The notes under the pieces: generated by a model
What the model was told of the DNA's origin: nothing
Databases searched by the model: none
The model's input: the letters and a program-made list of their open reading frames with translations, nothing else
Source of the DNA: Klebsormidium nitens
Taxonomy: Eukaryota; Plantae; Klebsormidiophyceae
Direction of reading: 5' to 3'
DNA length: 64,000 nt
Assembly (NCBI GenBank): GCA_000708835.1
Contig: DF237130.1
Location: 1-64,000 of the forward strand
In this document: positions 46,111-57,600 of the stretch, piece after piece
How the letters are laid out: each line of letters opens with the position of its first letter
How positions within the stretch are numbered: position 1 is the first letter of the stretch
Made by a program: the position numbers and the translations under genes

Positions 46111-47820
46111 CTGGATTGAAAAAGCAGCTCGTTTCTGATCACGGTGATGCCAGCTGAAACTGTACGTTTCTGTTGGAATGCTCGGAAGGCCAGACCGTGC
46201 TACACATGCAGACTGCCACAGATGCTTGTGGCAGTCCGAAACCAATGTTCAAGGATCCAAGAGCCAGGTGCCGCATTCTCTGCCCACTTAATCGCTTTGC
46301 TGATAGATGCTGACTAGACTTCAGGGTCAGCCCCACCACCTAGAAAGATACTAGAAGGTATGAAATGCAAAGCTGGAATGCACAGAGGCTCAATGGCGAG
46401 AATGAACCACAAAATCACAGCTCTCTAAGCACCTACCAAAACAACAAAGATGCATTTGTAGGTATCATGTTACTCTAGACTCCTTCCTGGTCAGGTCAAA
46501 TCGAGCTCTGACTCAACATGGCCAGCGCAGCGGTTTGCAAATCAAGGCAATGCTGAGAATGGATGACTCAGTCTCGATTTCGAGGTCTGTTTCTAACAGT
46601 TTCAGCTTAGTCCACAACGTCCCTCCACATTTAATGTCTTGACTTGTTTGCAACAATCTGAAGTGGAGTTAGAAAGGGTTCATGCTCTCAGGATAATTAT
46701 AACATGGATCTGCAAGCGAGCTAATTGTCGTGCGGCTTACCGCATCGAGGACACTTTCTTTTCTATAGTTGAAGTTTTCTGTTTCCTCAAAGTCGTCTTC
46801 CTTCTCAAGATCTTGCAGACCCAACCCCATACCGAGGCGAGCAACTTATAACAACCAGACTGACAGGTTGTGCTCAGAGCACCTCTCAGGTGGAGTCTAG
46901 GGTCTAAGAAATCCTGGATTCAGATCTAATTTGACCCAGACCTGGGGATCCTCAATGTAATGCCCTCCTTTTGAGCAATATCTTGCAAGAACAGAGTTTG
47001 CGAGGAACGAAGTTTTGCTTTTGGCTGTCTAAGAACGCGTCAAGTGCATAATGGATATCGGTCTCCCAATGGCAATACGCCCTCTTTCCGAATGCTTTTC
47101 ATCAATCTTTTGGGCAAGGTGATGCAAGGAAGGCCTTGGCGCTTTTAGGTGCACCAATGGCAAAGCGCAAAGCATTGCGAGCTTGATATCGCGAAGAAAG
47201 CTTCTGTTGAGGATTTGACTGCACAAAGATGAAACTTGCAGACAAGGAATGTGCAATTAGGGGTGCGAAAGGCTTGGTCGCGGCCTTGTCAAATCTGATT
47301 GCACAAACAGCGGCGTCGAACACGGACGCGAACTTACTTAAACATAGGTGTCGACCGACGTCGACGTTCGAACGTGGGTCAAAACCCCGTTAAAGCCCTC
47401 AGCTTGAACCAGCTCGGAAGCGGCGGCCGCGGCGCACTTTCAATCGAGCGCGCGTCACATGTACGTCATATTTATGCTCGTCATTGCTCCGCCTGCCAAC
47501 TTCCAAGGCTTTGTTGTTTAATTGCATCAGTTTCATCAAGGAAGGTCACATCGTGGAAGAAAGCATGTGCATCATGCCGCTAGCGACCCTCAGGGCAGCA
47601 CTTTCGATAGATGGAGTGTGGTGTCAACAAAGCCGTTTGCACGACAGAAGTGCCTCACTGAGGCCAGTTGTCACACCTATGATATGGCCCCACCAAAATT
47701 GTCTGGCACATGTGATCAATTCAGGAGAATGACGCCCTCCAAGTCTGGGCAAAGCAATTGCCCAGGTATTTTCAAAGAAGTGGGGAGCAGCAACATAACG
47801 TGAGAGAAGTGAAAGGCAAA

Positions 47821-50265
47821 ATGATGAAGGCCGCAGTGATGTATGAGCCGGGCGGACCCGAAGTCTTGAAAATTGAGAGCCGCCCAATTCCAAAGCCACG
47901 AGAAGGAGAGGTCCTGATCATTGTCAAGGCATTCGGGCTCAATCGATCGGAGCTGTTCACGCGGTTGGTGAGTAGAATGGACGCTGATTTGGGAAAATTG
48001 AACTAAACAATGCCGTGGCGGTTCCTCTTTCTTCATTTTGAGCAGCCCCGTAAACGGAATGTTCCTCTGCTGATGTTTTGAAATCTGTCTGATTCTCAAG
48101 GCCTTTCACTGCCCAAAGGAGGTTTTCTGAGCACTGCCACACAGGTAACCGCCGCTGAGAGCTGAAGACTGCTCTAGATCCAAACGCACTTTGAATAGGC
48201 GCTCCTCCTTTTCTCTTGGGAGTGGCTTCCATCTCGTCTTCCTCAATTATGTTGACTTTCTGGAAGTGTTATTATGGTCCTCCTTGTTAGCTAATCATGC
48301 AAAAGCTCTCGGTGTCCAAGTAGACGATCCTGAACGGGGCAGCAAACATGCTCGTTCGTCAACTTCTTTCCACTGTCGCTTGTTGTTGCCTTTCATCGCT
48401 TTTTCTTAGAACACTTGCGGCACTCCAGGACAGCTGCAGATTCATACTAAAAGTTCCTGATGGGAGGGTTCTCTGCTCCACATCAGCACTTCTTGACCAA
48501 TCTATTTCGTCCCCTCAGGGTCACTCACCTGGCGTAACCTTCCCCCGCATTCTCGGCATTGAGGCTGTTGGGATTGTTGAAGAAGCTCCGGGCAAAGAGT
48601 TTGCAAGGGGCGCAATTGTGGCCACAGCCATGGGGGGCATGGGGCGCCAATTTGACGGGGGATACGCAGAGTATACCTGCGTCCCTACCAACCAAGTGCA
48701 GGTATAGTGCTGTCTCACTCTCAAAAAGTACTTTGGAGCTGCTCATAGTCGATTGTTGTACAGCGGATGCAGTCGCAATAGCAAACCTCGGTTCTGCACG
48801 AAAGCAACGTGCAACTCGTGAGATGTTCCTAATTCTTGGGCTGTAGCAGCTTTCAACATGTGGACGTTCTGCTGGGAGATCAAGAGTCCTCTCCCTTGTA
48901 CCTCAGGCGGACTGCTTGAGATGCAGCATCTCCCCTGGCTTTGACTCTGAAAGTGCTTAAGTAATCGAGGATTCAAAAACATCTTTCTTGACATGTTGTT
49001 CCCCTTCAGGGGAAAGGGACTACCGGCTGCTTTGAAGATGTCAAAATCACTGATCTTTTTCTTTTCTCTCTACTATAATATCCCAGGAAAATGGGGTGCT
49101 TTTGGGGCGACAAATGCCACAGAAACTACAGGCTTTCTTATGGGCTCCTCTCAACAGCCAGAAACGGCTAGCTATACTTTCTGCCACTTTCGTTACAGAT
49201 GATCAAGACTCAACTGCCTTGGGAGATCCTAGGCGCTCTTCCCGAAATGGTGCAAACCGCATGGGGCTCTCTGTTCAAGGCTCTCCACTCATTAAGGGCG
49301 ATCGCCTTCTAATCCGAGGGGGCACGAGTTCAGTAGGGATGACTGCTGCTGCAATTGCTAAGAGCAAAGGCGCATTTGTGGCATCGACGAGCCGTAATTC
49401 CGATCGTGTTGACTTGCTAAAAAAGTCTGGCGCGGATCAGGTGATTATCGACTCAGGTGCAATCGCGGAGAAAGTGAAGGAGGATGGACTTTTTGACAAG
49501 GTGAGGAACGGCGTGGATAAGGAAGGAACAAACACTCCTGGCAACGTGCTTCGTTTGTGCCTATTCTGCTCACTCCTTGGAATCGTGTGCCTGAAGTCCA
49601 CACTCTAGACTCCTGTCTGTTTTGCTAAGTACGTCCGCCTCTTCCGTTAATGTATTGGTAGGTTGCAAGAACCATGGTGCTTGCAGGACGTAGAGGTCTG
49701 TGACCTCGCTCTTTCCCTGTTCCAGGCTGCTCGAATTTGCACCTTCAAGAAACTCTGTACATAAGATAGTACAGGATCTCCGAAAAGAAGGCAACGAGTG
49801 TGAGCCTTTGCTCACTCCAAAGAAGTGGACTGCGCGGTCGACAAGCTGAAGAGGGATCGAACCAAGTACTCGGATGGAGTCTCTAGTATCTCCGGTAAGA
49901 GGTGCATCGAACTCGTGTCTTCATTCCGCCAGGTACTTGAGTTGGTCGGCACCACGACCCTGAAGGACTCCCTCAAGTGCGTCAAACAGCACGGCATCGT
50001 GTGCATGACTGGGATTGTGGGAAACAAGTGGACCTTAGACAACTTTGCTCCTATGGAAGCTATCCCTACTGCGTCCTACCTCACAGCATATGCTGGCGAG
50101 GCCGATGACTTCATGCTGACGCCGCTTGCTGAGCTGGCAGAGCAGATTGCGTCTGGCAAGCTGCATGTTCAGATCGGCAAGACGTTCAAGCTTGAGGAGA
50201 TTGTGGAGGCGCACCGGTGCATGGAAGAGAGCAGAGCGGGTGGGAAGATCGTTGTACTCACTTAG
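47821..50265 (+). CDS. Zinc-binding ADH/quinone oxidoreductase (MDR family), 4 exons, with an apparent 1-bp frameshift near 49288
   Basis: MKAAVMYEPGGPEVL...FGLNRSE, FPRILGIEAVG...DGGYAEY, PEMVQTAWGSL, LLIRGGTSSVG and GKIVVLT. Confidence 0.85.
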
Positions 50266-51223
50266 CCAGCGGGCTAAGTAGGTGAATCTGTTTACTATAC
50301 ATGAACAATCGGTCAAGAAGCGCCAATTGTCAAGTATTGGTCGAGACAAAGAAAGGGCTTGTTGCGAATAGCTGCACCGCCCTGGTGGACATTAGAGGAT
50401 GAAAAAACCTGCGTTGTCCCCCTCAGACGGCGGAATATAGAATTGACCGTCTATTCCACACGGCATGGCACATGCATATCACATGTCGGATATTCCATAT
50501 GGCCAGTCATTTAGTAGTGAATGAAACCAGATATTGTGGATACAGGAGTTGTACATTCCTTGTTTAATACAAGCAGTTTAGTGGCCGCTCAATTATCCAG
50601 AGACGCCATTGACAATGCTGGCATTCACTGCCCAATCGGATCCGACCGACAGGATGCCCGGCCATGTCATGAATTGTCCTGGGAATGGTGCATTGCATCT
50701 AGAAAGGCGCGCCGCAAGTTGGTGCAATATGCTTTCCCGGAACTTGGCTAGGTGGCATGCGCGCGTCGTTGCACGGCCCCTGGCTGTCTAGCGCCCCCTT
50801 CTCGCATTCTTCCCGTTCCCGCCGCGGGCGCCTCCCGCGCTCCCTCTCCTCTTCGTTCTCGTCACCCTCCGCAGAAGCAGACGCAATAAACCATCAAGTT
50901 TCAGCACAAACAGCGATGCACGTCACGAAAGGCCAGGCGTGAAAAGCTGTCGCCGTCGGACGTGGGGCCAAAACCCTCAGCTTGAACCAGTCAGCTGAAT
51001 CCCTGTCCGATTGGCAGCGGCGGCCGGCGGCCGGCCCCGCCCGCAAAAAGCGGCCGGCGCCTGCATGACGCATCCGGAGCGCGGGCCACACGGCCGCCGC
51101 TACGCATCATGGCCTGTCCAGAGGTTTTGTGACCAAGGGGATGACAATAGTCTTGCCTGAGTCCGATCCAGGATACTGGTCAGGCGCTTGTTTCAGGCGG
51201 CCCAGAAGTAGAACGTCAAACGA

Positions 51224-53051
51224 CATGGAAAGTCTACCAAGGGAATGCCAGGAGCACATCCTGGCCGGGCTTGCGGATGTTGAGGGGCCTCAGGATGACC
51301 GCTCTGGTGAACAAGTGGTTGTATACTTTGTCAAGGGAGGCGCTCAGAACAGTCAGGCTTGATACCCAGCAGGGCATGCGTCGGCTCTCTTCAGCGTGGC
51401 CAAAGTCGACGGGCGTGACTGTTTCCTTGGAGTTCTACTATCCGACGTCTTCTCACCCAGAAGCGGAGGACAGCGCGCTGCAGCGGGTGACGTTCTGGAA
51501 TGAGATAGCGCATGCTTTTCCAAAGCTGTTATACATTGACCTTTCCGGATTTGGAGACAAAAGAGCAGTAGAGGAAGCAGAGGCTGCCATCCCTTTAATC
51601 CCCAATCTAAAAGGTCTGCGGCTTCCACTGGCACCACACTTTGGAGGATGCAGAGGGCTCCTACATTCCCTCGCCGATCATTGCCCGTTGCTCGAGGAAC
51701 TGGAGATGGTCCTACTTGACCATGAATGGAGAAACTTCAGGCTGTATCTTTCCACAACGCTGGAGGCTCCGTTCGTCAATCTTGCACAAAGGTGCCCTCG
51801 CATCCATACTATCTCTCCCCTAACTTTTTTTGCTTGGTCTAACGAGAGCCCCCTTTTGGAGAAAATGTTGCACTACCTGCCTCAACTTCGATCCATCGAC
51901 ATACCCCGCCAGATTATCCTTACGGCCGTAAAACAGCCGGCTTCAGAGCTCCTGAACTGTCTTCGCAAATCTGCAGCTATGGTCCTCAATTCAAGCATCT
52001 CAACTTGAGATATTTGTACAAGCGGGATAGAGGGATACGAATTCTACCGGTCTTGTTCTGAGCTAGAGTCCCTTGAGCTTCCCGAAGCTGGCATCAAAGA
52101 AGCCAACTTTGTGCTCACCCTCGAAACTTTCGAGAAGCTCACACACCTCTCAGTCCCTTTCCTGGCAATGGATAGGCAGCCGCCAGCAGCTGGTTTCAGA
52201 GTTCCGGTCAGCCTTGAAAACCTGCACATCGGCGGTTTGGGAACCGATCGTGTAGGTGGTATTGCAGATTGCTTCACCACGATAGCGGAAAATGTGCTCG
52301 CCCTCATCGTGCTCGAGGTTGACTCTCACCGCTTAGAGATAAGTATCTCTGATCTGCTGATTCCACCAAGACTGGAATGTCTCAAGATCAAGGGATTTGC
52401 GTTCTCAGGCCCGTTGGGATCTTTGCAGTGGAGCGTCCTGAAAAGCTTGGTGTTGGAAAGGACGTCCTTCGAAGGGAGGCTGCAGGACTTGTTTCTCCCA
52501 GCAATTGAGACCGTGGAGTTCAAAGAACACGTGAGATTCCTCTCGTCAGAGACAACACGTTCGAAGCCGTTGCCGAGACCTGGCCAAACTTGCGCAGCCT
52601 TGATCTCTCAGGACTACAAAGGTTCAGAGTGAGGGAATTTGACCTGATGGAATCGAGTCGCGTCCGGACTACCTTGCAACAGTTGGTTGTCAGAGCTGCA
52701 AATGGTCCAGAGCTCAAATGTATCTCCCAGCTTCGTGGTCTCCGCAAGCTTAGCCTGTGCCTTAGTGACCAACCAATCGGAGCTCTGGAAGAGGGTTTCG
52801 AGCTAATTCTCACCCTGACAAAGATTGGCAGCCTGCGGTCGCTTCTTCTTGGCGTGTCCAGATTTCCTCGTTCTGCAGAGTTTCTCGAGGGCTTGCGTAG
52901 CATCCTTGCACAGGCGCCCAGTCACTTACAGCGAGAAATGGACACATGGAGGTCTGTAGAAGAGGCGAGCTCAAGAAGCATCCAGATACAAGATCAGCTT
53001 TCTTTCTGCATTCATCTTGGTTATCCTTTGAACGTAGTGCAACTTGGATAG
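51224..53051 (+). pseudogene. Intronless F-box/LRR pseudogene
   Basis: F-box MESLPRECQEHILAGL. Frameshift in GGGG near 51285, in-frame TGA at 52006, frameshift near 52556. LRR-like segments (LKGLRL, LEELEM, LRSLDLSGL). Confidence 0.7.
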
Positions 53052-54657
53052 GACTGTTATCTGCAGCCTGGCAGCGAGGGACTGCAGATTGGGAGAGCAA
53101 AGGACCAGAAACGATCAGAACTTAAAACTGTGATTTCGCAACGTCGTGCGAGCTACATCAGCAAACGTCGACTTCTGAGACTGTTTAAACTGAGCAATTC
53201 AAGACGGCTTAATTCTTTGTTTCTTTCTGTCTTTCAATCTGTCGAAGGTTGCAGGGACTGATGTGGCACATCGCTTCCGTCGGAAGTTTAGCGTGTAGAG
53301 AACGGGGACCTACAATCCATGCAATCTTCTATGGTTTCGGCACCTGTTGAAATGCCAGGAGAGTATATCGGCTTCTTGATTGGGCTTCTTCTGATACGTG
53401 AACCGTATAGAATCAGCGTCAGGAGTGCCGAAAGGACTCGATTGCACTATTTCACTTAAGGATGGTGCTAGTGACCAAGCTTGACAAAGCTGACGTGCCA
53501 TTCAACCTGAGTCTTTTTCAGAAGTTGTGTCTGGTCATGCACTTAGTATTCCTTATGATCCTAGTGGCTCGAGTCGCTGTAAATTGTGGCGCTATTCTGT
53601 TGACCGTATATTGAAGTGACCCATGTATCACGAGCCATAAGTAGTTCAAACTTTACCGTAAAATTGCCTAATGTCTATATCATGTGCATCGTATAAACGT
53701 TCCGTCTCAATCAGTCATGTATCGCCTGAGACTAATGAAGCCCGCGGCGGGGTCTGGCGTGCGTTCAATTCAATGATCTCAAAGCTAGCTCATCATGCAT
53801 GGCATATGGCTATATGGTCAAGTGTAACACGTAGCCGCCATTCCATATCTGTCTCTGATGCAGATCTACAGTGCGTTCAATATGTCGAGTCCAGGCTTTT
53901 AGGGAATGCTCGTCTGAAAATACGAGCCAATGATGCACTTAAGTTGCATGCGCTAACCGTGACAAAATGGCCGCCCTTGATATCAAAGATGTAGTACGTT
54001 CCGTAGCAATGATGATGGGCAGCTAGATAAGTTCGAGCTGTCTATTCGGCCGGATCGCCCGACTGGACGATGTTATACGTGCACTGAGTGCCAGACATGA
54101 GGTGTGCGGTGCATGTGCAGCGCAAACATTGGTAAGGCCGCACTGCATGCAGGTGCATTGGGCCATTAGGCTCGCCCCTTACCCGTCGAGACCGCGCGTT
54201 CCATCAGATGCATGGCTTTTCGAGTATAAAATGAACTGCATCTTCGGTGGAAATGTATAGTTTAACTTAAGCATGAAGACCGTTCTTTGAATTTGTCAGG
54301 CGGCAGGGCCAGCACAGAGCTTAGTAACCTACAATGCTCAAGCGGCCGGCTGCATCCGACGATCATGCATAGCTGAACATGGTTAGGCGTGCCCGTTTTA
54401 GAATTGATCCGCCAGGGAAAATATTGAGGGAACGCTTGGCAAGCACAAATGAACGAAGCTAACAATCCCTGGTATTTGCATGATTGTATGCTTTCACCAA
54501 CTTCGTGCCAAGGCACACGCTTCATACCTTGCATACAGCTGGCACCTCAAAAAGACCTCTCACGTCTTCATCTGTACGTTTAAATAGGGATTGCAGTAAT
54601 CAGCGGGCAGTTTTAACAATCCCTCTCTACCATCAACCTTAACCCTGTCACAAACGC

Positions 54658-57600
54658 TTACATATCGTTTCGACCTCCTCCTTTGTTACTCAACGACCTG
54701 CTTAAGCCACCGACGCCTGCCAATGCCTGCTGAAACATGCGCTTCCTCGCCACATCCCCCGAGTCCTTCACTCCCGAATCCTGGATTACAACTCGCTGAG
54801 GTCGGGATGCTTCCGATCCCTGCAGAGCGCAAGAAGGGCGGCAACAGGCTACTCTCACAGCAGACATGTCGAGATGATTTGACGCGTTTGGAAGGATATG
54901 AGAAAGGACGAACGATCAATCATTGAAAATCAGGTATGTGCAGAATCCAAACAACTCTTGTCATACCCTCATCGTAATAAAAGCTTCAAGCAAGAAGAGC
55001 CTGGACGAAAGCAGATTCCTCGAAAGATCACAGATTCAAAAGCTTCTGCGTATCTCACCTCGGTCGTTCCGACGACCTTCCGCTTCGCTGTCCCGTTCTG
55101 CCCCCCTGTGCTCGTCAACTTCGCCGGCGCGCCTAGCCCTGTGATCCGGAACTTTGCTTCATTCCAATCCCTTCCCCCTTGGCTTCGGCCCTCCTCCGTT
55201 CCGTTCTCAAGCGCACGCTCCCTCTTCCGTTTCCGTTGCAAGCCGTCGTCCCTGGATTCTGTGCCAACTAGATATGGCAGCTCCTCTTCCGGACGGTCCA
55301 CATCCATAAATCCGGTCACACGTTCCGCTGCTGCAGCGGAAACCACGGCTCTCGGCGGACTCCTGTCCTTAATCCGTCTCGAAAGCCTGTCCTTTACCGT
55401 CACGCTCTCGTCCCGTCTGGTGCTGCCACGTGGCGCCTCCTCCTCGATCGGATTCAATGGCCCAAACCTTTCTGCGCGGCGCTTCAGCTTGGCCTCAAAG
55501 TCGGACAGTGGCTCCTTGTCCGGACCCTCTCGCTGATCCTTCCGCGAGTCTCCACCAGAACCGTCCGTTTTTCCGCCCCGACCAGTCCGCGTTTCCAGAC
55601 CGGGCTCGGGTTGTCTTCTTTCCCTGCTGACGTCACCTCTAGACACAGACCCGCCAACGTCATCGCCCTCTCTATTGCGGAAGCCGGCAGTGTCAACATC
55701 GCGGGTCCGCAAACCTCGCAACTCTTTGGACACCTCCCTCCCTACCGACTCCTCCCGGGCTCGGCTCTTGTTCCCTTCTTCGTGCTCTCTCCCCCGCCGG
55801 TCACTCCTCTCCTTGCGACCTTCTTCGCGATCAATTCGAGCCCCTTCCCTTTCTCGTGCCGCCTCGGCGTCTTCCACAACCGCATGCCCTTCCTCTCCCC
55901 CTCGGTGCTTCCTCCGCTTGCGCTCCCGTCTCCTCTCCTCCCTCTCCTCTTCCCCCTCCTCCTCGTTCCGGTGCCGGTGCTTCCGTCTCCGTTTCCGGTC
56001 CTTTCTTCCGTCACTCTTCTCTCCCGGAAAGCCCCCTTCGTTGACCTCCTCCGCCCCTCTTTCCGCTTCCACATCCATCCCTTCTCCAATCCCCCCACGG
56101 TCCTGTCGTGAAACATCCTTCCCCCCTTCCTCTCTGACCTCACCTCTTTGCACATTATCTTCCCCACCGTGCATCTGTCTCTGCAAAGTCTCATCTTCTC
56201 CATCTTGATGTCCTTCTCGCACCCCCACCTCCCGGGCTTCGTCTTCCTCCCGTTGTCCCCGGTGCCTCTTTTTCTCCCTCCGCTCCTCTTCTCCCCCCTC
56301 CTGAACCCCAGCTTCGACTTCCTCCCCCGGTCGCTCATCCTTCTCTTCCCTGTGCTGTCTGTGCCGCCTATGCCGATGCTTCCGCTCGCTTTCTTCGACC
56401 GCTTGTCCGTTCGCATCCTTCTCTAGTTCCTGCTCCTTCCATTCCTTCCGCTCTTTGTGCCGCCGCCGCCGCTCTTCCTTCCTCCGCCTCCGTTCCTCTC
56501 TTCCATCCTGTTCCGCCCCACCGTTTTCGCCAAACTCCTTATTTTCCAGCGAATTGTCATCCTCTCCAACCTCGTGTTCCCTCGCGCGTCTCCTTTCATC
56601 ACCTCCAAGCCCTTCCTCTTCGTCCCTGACAGCCCTCTCGTCAGAGCGGCCGATAAGATTCCTTAATTTGGGCCTTTCCTCTTCCCGCTCCAATGCTAAC
56701 CAGGGCTCTCGCGTTGTTTCCTCTGGAAACCCGTCCTTCCTAGTGGGACTCCCAAGCTCCGTCTCAGGTCCCCGATGATCCGCTTCTGGCTCACGGCCCT
56801 GGCTGTTGAGCGGCCCCCTCTCCCGTTCTTTCCGGTCCCGCCGTCGCCGCCGGCGCTCCTCCCTCTCCTCTTCGTTCTCGTCGCCCTCTGCAAAAGCAGA
56901 AGCAAAAACTATCTTTCAATTCTGCGGGTTGAAGTGGACATTCCCTACGCTTTTAAATCAACTGACGACGTGCAATCAGCCGACTGGCTGTCAACATCAC
57001 AGAAGGAAGCACTCTGTTGACAAAATTTGAAGAAGAGTCGACAATTCGTCATGTCGTAGCAGAATCCGTCCTCGTTATGAGCTGACTTTCTGTATCTCGG
57101 CAAGCTCAAGCATTGTCCAACGGGAGCATTTTACTCAAGCGGATAACATAATGAAAGAGCAGGTATTTGCTTGTCACAATTTCAAGACCACATGTGGCAA
57201 CCTGTCAAGAGACGAGTCGAGGCCTAACCTCCTTGAGCAAAGATGAACGCAGAGGTTTGTCCGACGGTTTCTTGTGTGGTTAGTGCATGAAATCTACTCG
57301 GGTTTGTGCCTGAACGACGACAGAGTTCCACTTCTGCCTGCCAGCACCCTCCAATTGTTATTGAAACCCTTCGGAATTTATGATCAAAACAAAATGAACA
57401 GAGGAGAAGCCTGCGCCAAAGACCGGAAAGTCTCTGGAGCACCAAGCCACACCAAGCCACAAAGCGTGCTCTTCGTTCAATCCGCAAACTGGCCTCCTCC
57501 GCACCCAGAACAAACATTTTCCGCGGCCCACCTCTTTCTTCCTTGTGCCTGTGCCGCCTCTCCTTCCGCCTCCTCCGCCGCTCTTCCCTGCTCTCCCCTC

